The notes under the pieces were generated by a model. That model did not search any database, had not been told where the DNA came from, and was given only the letters and a program-made list of their open reading frames with translations. Shown here in pieces: positions 39,013 through 49,800 of a stretch of DNA of 64,000 bases. Origin of the DNA: Somniosus microcephalus (lineage: Eukaryota); assembly GCA_052327205.1 (NCBI GenBank), contig CM126203.1, forward strand, positions 376,278,001 to 376,342,000, read 5' to 3'. How positions within the stretch are numbered: the first letter of the stretch is position 1; every line of letters starts with the position of its first letter. The position numbers were made by a program, and so were the translations under genes.

Positions 39013-39766
39013 AGAACCCTGGAATAATTCAGGAATATATTAGATGCTGCAATGAGGGAACATTAGGATCTTTCTACATGGATGAATTGAGATGGATCGA
39101 ATGGCCTTTATCATCCCTAATTCGATCTCTTAAAGCCATTGCAAGAACGTAATTTCTATTGTTGGGTACAATTGTGTGGTGGTGACAGCACTGGACTAGC
39201 AACCCAGAGGTTATAAGTTCAGATCCCACCAGGGCAACTTGTGAAACTGTACAATAAATCTGGTGATTTGTGGGCTGGCACCAGGAAAAATAGCATCAAA
39301 GCTCTTAAATGATCACAAAAGGGACTGATTCCAGCCTTGTGCTCTTAATACCTCTGATATGGCCCAGCAAGCTCCTTAGTTACGACACAATCTCTTTGAG
39401 AAGGCGACCCAGCACCTTCTTCTGAGGAACACTAACATTAAATATGGTTTTGCCCCCTTGTAAAAACAAATGAAAGAGCTAGGTTGCAGGGCTTGAGAAA
39501 AATGAGTGGGCGTACTTTGAGGGGTGGTTGGTAACAGTTTTGTTTAAAAGAGATTACTCGTACTAGAGGCTATATTATACAACAGTTTAATATTGAGGGG
39601 AAAAAAACTTAAGATGCAAAATTTGCAACAGGAAAAAGAAAATTGGAAGCCTGATGTGACTCGGAAGATGATGTGGAGTCTGACAACTTCCTTGGATCGA
39701 GGAGGGTCTCTCATAGTTACATTGGAGAGGCAGCTGGCTAAGGCGGTTGAGTGTTGCCTGTAAGCT

Positions 39767-40240
39767 TCATGGTTCTGGCACTGTCCCTCCGTTCTCCAGC
39801 CCAGCCTCTTCCAGCTTCTCTAGCGACCCATCCTTTGACTCCTCGTCCTCTTGGTCCTCATCTTCTGGCTCCTCGACCTCTGGTTGCTTGAGCTTTGGCT
39901 GCTCCTCAGTCTCTGACTCCTCCTCGCTCTTTGGCCGCTCCTCGCTCTTCGGCTCCTCCTCGCTCTTTGGCCGCTCCATGGTCTTTGGCTTCTCCTCAAT
40001 CTTGGGCTCCTTCTCAGTCTCCGGCTCCATGTATTCGTTGAGCTGCTTCTTGTGTCGCAGCGTCCTCAACTTGGTGCAGTACTCTCTCTCCCGGAGCAGC
40101 TGGCTGCGCTGTTCCTCCAGCTCCATCTGCTGCTCACGGAGGACCCGGGAGCGGCGGATCAGGCACACCAGCACCTCCCGCAGCTGCTGGTTCTCGACCT
40201 TGATCGATTGGATGTGCTCGATCAGACAGCAGACCGCCTC
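39767..40240 (-). CDS. Terminal coding exon of a CCDC166/CCDC121-like (DUF4515-type) coiled-coil protein gene
   Basis: ccccacag| acceptor at 40241, phase 0; LIEHIQSIKVENQQLREVLVCLIRRSRVLREQQMELEEQRSQLLRERE resembles the family motif LxEHTxxIKxENxxLRxELxxLIRR; strong coding bias; upstream exons not found in the window. Confidence 0.7.
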   Translation of the reverse strand, partial: EAVCCLIEHIQSIKVENQQLREVLVCLIRRSRVLREQQMELEEQRSQLLREREYCTKLRTLRHKKQLNEYMEPETEKEPKIEEKPKTMERPKSEEEPKSEERPKSEEESETEEQPKLKQPEVEEPEDEDQEDEESKDGSLEKLEEAGLENGGTVPEP

Positions 40241-40364
40241 CTGTGGGGCAGATGGAGGACATTGTTTGAAACTTGTCTTATTAACTTGAAGACCTCTATC
40301 AGGTCGCCCCCTCCTTAATATTCAGGCTTTTACAACCAACACTTTGTCACCTATTACGATAGCA

Positions 40365-40610
40365 AAATACTGCGGATGCTGGAAATCCAAAATAACAACA
40401 GAAAATGCTGGAAATACTCAGCAGGCCAGGTAGCATCCGTGGAGAGAGAAACAGAGTTAACGTTTCAGGTCGAAGACCTTTCGGCAGAACTCGAAAAAAA
40501 CAGGAAATGGAAAGCAAGTTTAGGGGCTGGGAAAAGGGGGAGGGGATGAAATAACAAAAGGGAAGGTCAATGATAGGATAGAAAGCAGGAGAGATTAAGA
40601 GACATTGACT
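40365..40610 (-). mobile_element. Penelope terminal (pseudo-LTR) fragment
   Basis: Aligns with 2790-2990; contains a hammerhead-like core. Confidence 0.7.
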
Positions 40611-40799
40611 GCTTGCTTGATTTACTTTGTCTTCAGCCCCATTCTTCTTAAGCTTGGCTGTGTCCTGCACTATGGCCCTTGACCCTTCACCTGAGAGTTT
40701 GCCAAACTTCACCATAGTGCGTAGAAGCAGCGACAAGTGTCACTCCTGTTTGCACTGCGCTGGAAGTAGCGCCTATGTTGCATTTCTCTTGGACTCACT

Positions 40800-41543
40800 G
40801 GCCCAGATATTCCGATCGCAGGCCTCCTGCGGGCAGAGGAATGCGATCTGGAAAAATCTGCGCCCTTACCCGAGGGCTCTCTGGAGGCGCACAGTTCCAA
40901 TGCTGGGCCTCTCCAAACTGCCGGTGCGCAGGGCCCACGTATCCCAGAGGCGCAGGTAGTTCACAGCGTCCCTGGGATCACGTGGGCCATGGGGAGCCAA
41001 TCAAAGAAGGGAATCTCCCTTCATACATTTGACAGGAAGACCTGTCAAACATATGAATGGAGATCACCCCCAAAACATAGTAAAACTTTAAATAAATTTT
41101 AAAAAACATCACATTTTTAAAATGACTAGAAAGTACAAATAAATTAACTATTTTAAACAAAACTTTAAATTTTTGAAAAAAATAATTAAAGTTTTTTACG
41201 GGGCTAAAAATAAACGTACCCTTTTTTAAAGTATTTTTAAATGATAAATCAGTGGAAAAAAAATTTTTAAACTTTTTTTCTACTCTTATCCTGGTAAAAG
41301 CTTTTACCAGGCGCAAGAATTGTAAGTGTTTTCTGCGGGTGGAGGGTCTCCAAAAAGCGGAACTCTCCCCCTGTAGAGGCCCTTCTCCAGGGCAGCCAGA
41401 GGATCTGTCAAGAGCTTTCTTGACAGATCGCAAATGCCGGTTTCCAGCGCATGCGCAGTGCATGCCTGAAACCGGCATTTCCGATGTCCCTACGGGTGGG
41501 TACACAGCGCGTACCCACCCATAGGGATTGGAATATCCGGCCC
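40800..41543. mobile_element. Harbinger-type MITE, copy A
   Basis: TIRs GGCCCAGATATTCCGATC / GATTGGAATATCCGGCCC; flanks ACT/ATT; close paralogue at 44010-44761. Confidence 0.8.
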
Positions 41544-42379
41544 ATTGAATTTTCAGCACAGCAGGAGACCATTTGGCCCATTGCACCTGGCCTGGTGCTC
41601 GGTCTTTAACTGTGGGAGCTTGCTGTGCGCAAATTGGCTGCTGCATTTCCCGACATTACAACAGTGACTATGCCTCAAGAGTAATTAATTGCCTGCAAAA
41701 CGCTTTGGGACGTCTTGAAGTCGGGAAAAGTCCTTTTCTTCACTAGGAGCATAAAGGGGGAACGAGAGAGGGAATGTTTTCACACAGACATCAGAATGAG
41801 CTGATAGCAGAGTGAGATTAAGAACTTCTAAAACAGGAGGTTGAAGAGAGGGAATTAGGTGCAGAGAGGGAAGGAGGTGCTAAGCATACTAGCTGATTTT
41901 ATACATAAGTAACATAAACTTTAGAACTAAATAAACCTAATATTGTCAACAAAGAAAGGGACAGTAGTGTGTCAACTCCTGCAAGATGTGAGAGTATCGA
42001 GTTGATTCGGGCAATCACAGTCTGTGGGAAGTGTCTGCAACTCGCCTTGTTCAAGCTCAAAATCTCAGAACTTGAGACGGAAACAACCCGACACATCATG
42101 GAGGCAGCGCAGTTTCTGGAGCGAGAGTTTGAGATGAAAGTCACTTCAATGAGAGTTCTGGAGCAGGCAGTGGAGGAACAAAGATGGGGCAGAGAAAGGC
42201 AGGAAGGAAAGGCTAGAACAAGAGTGCCCGGGGCACCTTATGCTCTTAAACAGACTGGTAGCTTGAGCTTCCTGTGGGGGAAATGAAGACTATGGGCAGC
42301 TCCATCAATAACTACCAATGATCTCAAGAAACAAGAGATGGCTCAAGGGGGGAGATTAGCAACACTGCTGGGAATTACA

Positions 42380-42970
42380 ACAGCTTGCATTTATTTAGCG
42401 CCTTTAACATAGTGAAACATCCCAAGGCGCTTCACCGGAGCGTTATCAAACAAAAATTGACACCGAGCCACATGAGATATTAGACCAATTGACCAAAAGT
42501 TTGGTCAAAGAAGTAGGATTTAAGGAGCATCTTAAAGGAGGAAAGAGAGGTGGAGAGGTTTAGGGAAGGAATTCCAGAGCTTAGGGCCCAGGCAGCTGAA
42601 GGCACAACGGCCAATGGTGGAGCGATGAAAATTGGGGATGCTCAAGAGGCCAGGATTGGAGGAGTGCAGAGATCTCGGGGGGGGTTGTCGGGCTGGAAAA
42701 GGTTATAGAGATAGGGAGCAGCGAGGCCATGGACGGATTTGAAAACAAGGGTGAGAATTTTAAAATCGAGGCGTTGCTTAACCGGGAGCCAATGTAGGTC
42801 AGCGAGCACAGGGGTGATGGGTGAACGGGACTTGGTGCGAGTTAGGACACGGGCAGCAGGGTTTTGTATGAGCTTAAGTTTATGGAGGGTGGAAAATGGG
42901 AGGCCAGCCAGGAGTGCGTTGGAATAGTCAAGTCTAGAGGTAACAAAGGCATGGATAAGGGATTTAGCAG
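42380..42970 (-). mobile_element. L2-type LINE 3' fragment
   Basis: Reverse complement matches the tail at 33430-33600 (CTCCTTAAAACCTACCTCTTTGACCAAGCTTTTGG...ATAAATGCAAGCTGTTG). Confidence 0.65.
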
Positions 42971-43257
42971 CAAATGGGGCCTCAAATATTCACAGTATTT
43001 ATTAACGACTTAGATGATGGCGTAGAAAGTCATACATCAAAGGGTAGTGGAAATCTGAAACTCCCCCAAAAAGCTGTTGAGGCTGAGGGGTCAATTGAAA
43101 ATTTTAAAACTGAGATTGATAGATTTTTGTTAGGTAAGGGTATTAAGGGATATGGAACCATGGTGGGTAGGTGGAGTTAAGAAAAAGAAAGATTTGCATT
43201 TCTATAGCGCCTTTCACGACCACTGGATGTCCCAAAGCGCTTTACAGCCAATGAAGT

Positions 43258-43855
43258 CAAGGACATTCAGCCTCCGATCTTCGGGTAAGCATTCTCCAAG
43301 GTGGCCTTCGAGACACACGACAACGCAAAATCGTCGAGCAGAAACTGATAGCCAAGTTCCGCACCCATGAGGACAGCCTCAACAGAGATCTTGGGTTCAT
43401 GTCACGCTACATGTAACCCCACCTGATGCAGGGTCATCCAGACTCGAGTCGACATTGGCTTGTTCTCTCTACACGGATGCGGCCGGACCTGCTGTGATTT
43501 CCAGCCAAAAAAAAAGAAAATGTTTTTTGTCTGTTTTTTTGTTTTTCATACAGACCCCAGCATCTGCAATATTTGACCCCTTGTGACCCCACCTCATTAT
43601 TCTTTGATGTAATGTTTCCCTGACTGACCTGTTTGGACACCATTCACACCTTTGACTGCTGTGATTATCTCTCTGCCGAGGTGTGATTAATGGCAGTTGG
43701 AAAGGTTACCTGTAAACATCTGACATGATTCTCTGACTATATAAGCTGTGTCTTTATGCATTTCTCCACTTCACCTGAAGAAGGAGCAGCGCTCCGAAAG
43801 CTTGTGATTTCAAATAAAGCTGTTGGACTATAACCTGGTGTTGTGTGACTTTTTT
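43258..43855 (+). mobile_element. Penelope-like 3' fragment with target-site duplication
   Basis: CAATGAAGT duplicated at 43249-43257 and 43856-43864; GIY-YIG C-terminal remnant (KLIAKFRTHEDSLNRD); hammerhead core. Confidence 0.7.
43771..43807 (+). ncRNA. Minimal type I hammerhead ribozyme (Penelope-associated)
   Basis: TCAC-CTGAAGA-A-GGAGC(AGC)GCTCC-GAAA-GCTT-GTGA: intact CUGANGA and GAAA cores, 5-bp stem II, TCAC/GTGA stem I, palindromic short stem III. Confidence 0.7.
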
Positions 43856-43864
43856 CAATGAAGT

Positions 43865-45131
43865 TGAAGTGGGGAAAGAGTTAAAATAACATCGCTGGCA
43901 GCTCACAGAATGGTGTAAGAGAGGCAGTTGCTGACATGAAAGACCACATCCATAAGGTGTGGTCAAGATAACCAACCTTTGAGACTAAAAACAACTCAGT
44001 TGAGACATGGGCCCAGATATTCCGATCGCAGGACTCCCGCGGGCGGAGGACTGCGATCTGGAAAAATCTGCGCCCTTACCTGAGGGCTCCCGGGAGGTGC
44101 AGAGTTCCGCTCCTGGGCCTCTCCAAAGTGCCGGTGCGCAGGGCCCACGTATCCCAGAGGCGCAGGTAGTTCGCAGTGTCCCTGGGATCACGTGGGCCAT
44201 GGGGGGCCAATCAAAGAAGGGAATCTCCCTTCATGCACTTGACAGGAAGACCTGTCAAGTATATGAATGGAGATCACCCCAAAACATAATAAAACTTTAA
44301 ATACATTTTTAAAAAATCACATTTTTAAAATGGCTTGAAAGTACAAATAAATTAATTATTTATTTTAAAAACTTTAAATTTTTGAAAAAAATAATTAAAG
44401 TTTTTTACGGGGCTAAAAGTAGACTTACCTTTTTTAAAGTATTTTTAAATGATAAATCAGTGGAAATTTTTTTTAACTTTTTTCAACTCTTACCCTGGTA
44501 AAAGCAGACCTTACGCCTGCTTTTACCAGGCGCAAGAATTGTAAGGATTTTCTGCGGGCGGAGGGTCTCCAAAAAGCGGAACTCTCCCCCCGTAGAGGCC
44601 CTGCTCCAGCGCAGCCGGAGGATCTGTCAAGAGCTTTCTTGACAGATCAGAAATGCTGGTTTCCAGCGCATGCGCAGTGCATGCCTGAAACCGGTATTTC
44701 TGATGTCCTATGGGTGGGTACACAGCGCGTACCCACCCGTAGGGATCGGAATATCCGGCCCATGATGTCTCGCACTTCAGCTGCCCCTATGGTTTTGTTA
44801 TCTGGGTCACAATACTGCCAAGTTATTTTTTAATCAGTGTTCAGCAGTTTGGGCTAATAATTGAGTATGCAGCTTACACATGTTTACCTTAGGACATGTA
44901 ACCCAATCCGTGAAGGTGCATGCGGGCCAAGATCCAATCAGGTTGCGGGAATGAATTGTGCATGAGGCCGCCATGCTTATTTGAATGTATAAAAATGTAG
45001 TGCTTGCTGTAACAATTTGGAGAAGTCTGGCTAAGACAGAGCAGACTGTCTCCCCACTGGTGTAATAAAGACAACTTGACTATCGATCTGAAAACCTTGT
45101 GTCGAGTGTTGGTTTAAAATACTCCACATCA
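43865..45131 (+). promoter_or_regulatory. ERV 5' LTR (about 510 bp after removing the MITE)
   Basis: TGAAGTGGGG...CTCCACATCA imperfect terminal inverted repeat; CCAAT boxes about 44903 and 44934; TATAAAA 44988; AATAAA 45064; followed by PBS. 5' boundary is inferred because no second LTR is in the window. Confidence 0.6.
44010..44761. mobile_element. Harbinger-type MITE, copy B, inserted in the ERV LTR
   Basis: Same TIRs as copy A; perfect ATG TSD at 44007-44009 and 44762-44764. Confidence 0.85.
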
Positions 45132-45133
45132 AC

Positions 45134-45152
45134 TGGCGTCACGAACAGGATT
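45134..45152 (+). other. Primer-binding site complementary to tRNA-Ser(CGA)
   Basis: TGGCGTCACGAACAGGATT is the complement of AATCCTGTTCGTGACGCCA, recalled as a vertebrate tRNA-Ser(CGA) 3' end. Confidence 0.75.
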
Positions 45153-45418
45153 CCACACGGACGAGAGGCACGGGCGAGTGAAGCTGAGCCAAAAAACGTG
45201 AATACTTTCAAACTACCACGTACAGTTAGGGCAAGGCAACACCGTCTCGTGTCCACCGCCCCCTTTGGAATCAAAGAACTAAAAGGTTTGAATCGATACG
45301 TGGTCTCGGGGTTCGGGCGAAACGCGCGGAAGTATAGGCGTGGTATGAGTTGCAAGTAGTGCGTTAACTTTGGTGTAAAGTATAAGCATACCTCTGACAA
45401 TAAATAACCCGAACAAAA

Positions 45419-46864
45419 ATGGCGGCCGGGAAATGGGAAGAGCTCGAGCGGGGACCGGTGGGGTCTCTGACATGCTATTTAGCAGACAAAAATAAAAGAT
45501 TAATTGACAAAATGGCTAAAAACAATTGGCAACCGAACGACCCACCAGCCAAACAAAGAGAATGGTGGGCCAAAGAAACAAAATTAAAGGGAGAAAAGGC
45601 CATCATTTTAGTGGCTCGCGCATATTATGAGTTGAGTAGACGCACTCGAATATGGACCAAAAATGGGTGCCAAAATTGTACCCGAGTACCAGTAATGGCA
45701 ACAGCTCCTGTAACGCCGTCGGAGGTGAAAGGAGTAGACGAGGACGGGATAGACTGGGACGCGCTAGGCCAAAAAGCGGCTGAATATGACCCTGACTATA
45801 ATGGCGGGGAAATCCCGCCCCCATATGATGATGTAAAAGCGGCACCTATTAAGGTGGAATTTATTCCGGGCACCCCCGCAGTGCCTATACCGGCAGGGGC
45901 ACCCCCAGGCACCATAGCCATCCCAGCAGTACCTATACCGGCAGGGGCACCCCCAGGCACCATAGCCATCCCAGCAGTACCAGCTCAGATAAAGAACACT
46001 TATGTACCTTTCTCCCCAGGAGATAAATTGAAGTTGCTTCAAATACCTGCCGGAACTAAAGCCCCGACAGAGTAATGCCGTATTCTGGCAGAAACTAAGA
46101 GAAATGAGAATATGTCACAACTTCCACACTCGGATGTTGATGGACTAGTGAGGGCAAAAATGAGCGAAGATATGTGGGGTCAATTACCCCAACAATACAG
46201 GGACGGGACATGGTGTCAAGATGTAGCCCCTGCAAACCAGCAAAGAGATGCGGATTATACAGCATTTCGGACCGCTGTTACACAAGTCTTGGGAGTAGTA
46301 CCAGTAAACTGGGGACTAGTCATAGGAATTAGTCAGGGGAAAGAGAAGTCCGCCCATGACTATGGAGAACGGAAGTGGACTAGCTTCGTAGCCCACTCAG
46401 GTATAATAGCACCACAACGAGACAATTTGGCATTTTTAAAAATGTACAAGGAAGGGCTGAGTGGTGCCCATCAGGCCATACTAAAAACTGGGCTGGTCAC
46501 CATGCAGACCTTTGATGAATTGATTAGATGGGCGACCGAGGTGGACAACCAGCAGAAAGTTAAGGTGGCCACCTTGGAGGTACAGGTAGCTGCAGCAAAA
46601 GAGATGGAAGTCTGTTTTAACTGCAATAAGCCTGGGCACAAGCATAACCAATGCACATTGCCTTTGAAAAACACAAGAAGGAAATGTAGAAACTGTAATA
46701 AACCTGGACACGAACAGCGAGACTGTTGGGCCCAGGGAGGGGGTAAGGCAGGCAAAGGCCCAAGACAACAAGAGGCAGCTTGCAGCGAGAAGATAGCGGA
46801 CGTGGCTGATATGAATAAGAATCAACTGATTGAACTAATCAAAACCCTGTCACAGTCCTGTTAG
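45419..46864 (+). pseudogene. gag: ERV gag (internal stop at 46073-46075)
   Basis: ORFs 45419-46075 and 46112-46864 share a frame; PPPY late domain; CFNCNKPGHKHNQC and CRNCNKPGHEQRDC. Confidence 0.8.
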
Positions 46865-49800
46865 GTAGCATCGGCCCCCAGTACGGGCACCGATCCCTGT
46901 CTGTATCTAACAGCACTGTTAGGGGGCCGGCAGTATCATATGTTAGTTGACACAGGGGCATCAGTGTCTATAACCAATTTGGACCTCCCGCGCACAAAAA
47001 CCTCAATACTGATACAAGGAGTGGGCGGGAAGAGTAATCACGCGTACAAAAACGAGACACAATTATTGGAACTAGGAGGAATTTTTCTCCCGGTCCAGTT
47101 AAGGATATGTGATAACCCAGAGGGAACAATCTTAGGAGTGGATGTACTAAGTGAACTGGACCTGGTGATAGATGTACGAAATAAGACTGTATTACGAAAG
47201 CGCGTAATTGATGATAAATTCGAAGCCAGGAATATGGCCAGTTACATGACAAAGATTGGTAGTATTAAACGTAGTTTGGTAGTATTATTGGTAGTATTAG
47301 TAAAAAGATATTAGCGTGTAAAGTTAAGGCACATGGGATTGGGGGCAAGGTACTGTCTTGGATAGAGAACTGGTTGGCAGACAGGAAGCAAAGAGTTGGA
47401 ATAAACGGGTCTTTTTCCGAGTGGCAGGCAGTGACTAGTGGGGTACTGCAGGGATCAGTGCTAGGACCCCAGCTATTCACAATATATATTAATGATCTAG
47501 ATGAAGGAACTAGATGTAATATCTCCAAGTTTGCAGACGACACAAAGCTGGGTGGGCGTGTGTGCTGTGAGGAGGATGCAGGGAAACTCCAGTATGATTT
47601 GGACAGGTTGGGTGATTGGGCAGATGCAGTATAATGTGGATAAATGCGAGGTTATCCACTTTGGTGGCAAAAACAGGAAGGCAGCTTATTATCTGAATGG
47701 CAATAGATTGGGAGAAGGGGAAGTGCAACGAGACCTGGGTGTCCTTGTGCACCAGTCGCTGAAGGTAAGCATGCAGGTGCAGCAGGCGGTTAAGAAGGCA
47801 AATGGTATGTTGGCCTTCGTAGCGAGAGGGTTCGAGTACAGGAACAAAGATGTCTTGCTGCAGTTGTACAGGGCCTTGGTGAGACCACACCTTGAGTATT
47901 GTGTGCAGTTTTGGTCGCCTTATCTGAGGAAGGATGTTCTTGCCACGGAGGGAGTGCAGCGAAGATTCACCAGACTGATACCTGAGATGGCAGGAATGAC
48001 GTATGAGGAGAGATTGGGTCGATTGGGCTTATACTCGCTGGAGTTTAGAAGAATGAGAGGGGATCTCATTGAAATTTATAAAATTCTAACAGGACTAGAC
48101 AGGCTAGATGCAGGAAGGATGTTCCCGATGGCCGGGAGTCCAGAACCAGGGGTCACAGTCTAAGGATAAGGGGTAAGCCATTTAGGACAGAGATGAGGAG
48201 GAATTTCTTCACCCAGAGAGTGGTGAACCTGTGGAATTCTCTACCACAGAAGGCAGTGGAGGCCAATTCATTAAATATATTCAAGAAGGAGTTAGATATA
48301 TTTCTTAAGGCTAAAGAGATCAAGGTATATGGGGAGAAGGCAGGGACAGGATACTGAATTTGGATGATCAGCCATGATCTCATTGAATGATGGAGCAGGC
48401 TCGAGGGGCCGAATGGCCTACTTCTGCTCCTATCTTCTATGTTTCTATGTAAACAATTAGAAAGGGATTGGGCACAAGATGGAATATGGGGAGTCCTATG
48501 CCAGGCGGTAGAAGGGGTATGGGCCACCTCCAAACAGGACTGCGGACTAACTATAATTAACCCTATCATGATACCCGGACCGGAGCACAAGGCGCATAGA
48601 CAATACCTGTTAAAACCAGCAGCCAAAGAGGCCATATCCAGGATAGTAACCGAGTTAGTGAAACAGGGAGTGTTAAAAGAAACCACAGCAACCACAAACT
48701 CACCAATTTGGCTGGTAGGTAAACCAGACGGATCGTAGAGATTAACTATAGATTACACCGCATTGAATAAGGTAACTCCGCGAGAACACCCAATAGTGGC
48801 AAGTCCCTCTACAATATTTAATGGTCTGAAACCAGACTTTAAGATATTTACAGTCTTGGATATAGCGAACAGGTTCTGGTCCATACCATTGGCAGAGGAA
48901 TCACAAGGGAAATTCGCCTTTACTGTTGGGGATAGACAGTATACATGGACCAGGGTCCCGCAGGGGTTCCACAATAGTCCAAATATATTCCACCGTGTAC
49001 TGAGTCAAGCCTTAGATGAATTAGACCTATCAAAGTACCAGAGCGCCCTACTCCAATATGTCGATGACATAATGATTGCATTAGAGGACACCAAAGGACA
49101 CATGGGAGCATTACTAGCCACCCTCCAGGCACTGAAGAAAGCTGGCTTTAAAATGAACCCCAAAAAGGCACAGGTTGGACTGTCCAAAGTAAAGTATCTA
49201 GGACACAAAATTAGCCAGGGGTATCAGGCACTCCCGCAGGAACAAAAGGCAGCCATAAAAGACATGCCAAGGCAAGTGACCGTCCGGGGAGTGAGGAAAG
49301 TGTTGGGACTATTTAACTACTGCAGGAATTTTATATCAGACTTTGCAGGGAAAGCAGAGCCGATTCAATGGTTAGTTAAAGGGGGGAGACCCGCCACAGA
49401 CAAGATAGAATGGGAATCAGAGCAGGACGAGGCTTATGCAAAATTAAAAGCTGCCCTGACGTCTGCACCCGCACTAGGATTGCCAAATCTAGTCAAACCA
49501 TTCCATATATACTATAGTATAGACGGGAACTTCTATAACGCCATGGTCACCCAAGTGTACAGGGGAGATATGAGGCCAATTGCCTATTACTCCACCCAGC
49601 AAACCCCCATGGCTAAAGGAATGGCGAGATGCGTGGCGGCCCTTGACTGTGCCGCATGGGCAGTGCAGATATGTGAGCCCGTCACTATGTCAGGACAGCT
49701 GATACTATACACGCAACACACAGTGGTGGACCTGCTAAACACAGGCAAAATGAAGGCTGTATCAGACAGAAGGAGGGCGGCTTGGGAAGCAGTATTGATA

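Noticed and set aside
39747-40289. 180-aa Ser-rich plus-strand ORF
   Set aside because: Antisense shadow of the Glu/Lys-rich coding exon on the minus strand.
41969-42286. 105-aa ORF as a possible host exon
   Set aside because: CGKCLQLALFKLKISELE matches the CR1 ORF1 N-terminus seen near 60700 and 19300; a decayed LINE fragment.
44763-45131. Alternative ERV LTR start at TGATGT (44763) pairing with terminal ACATCA
   Set aside because: It overlaps the MITE TSD, and 43865 gives a longer terminal match directly after the Penelope TSD; not fully excluded without the 3' LTR.
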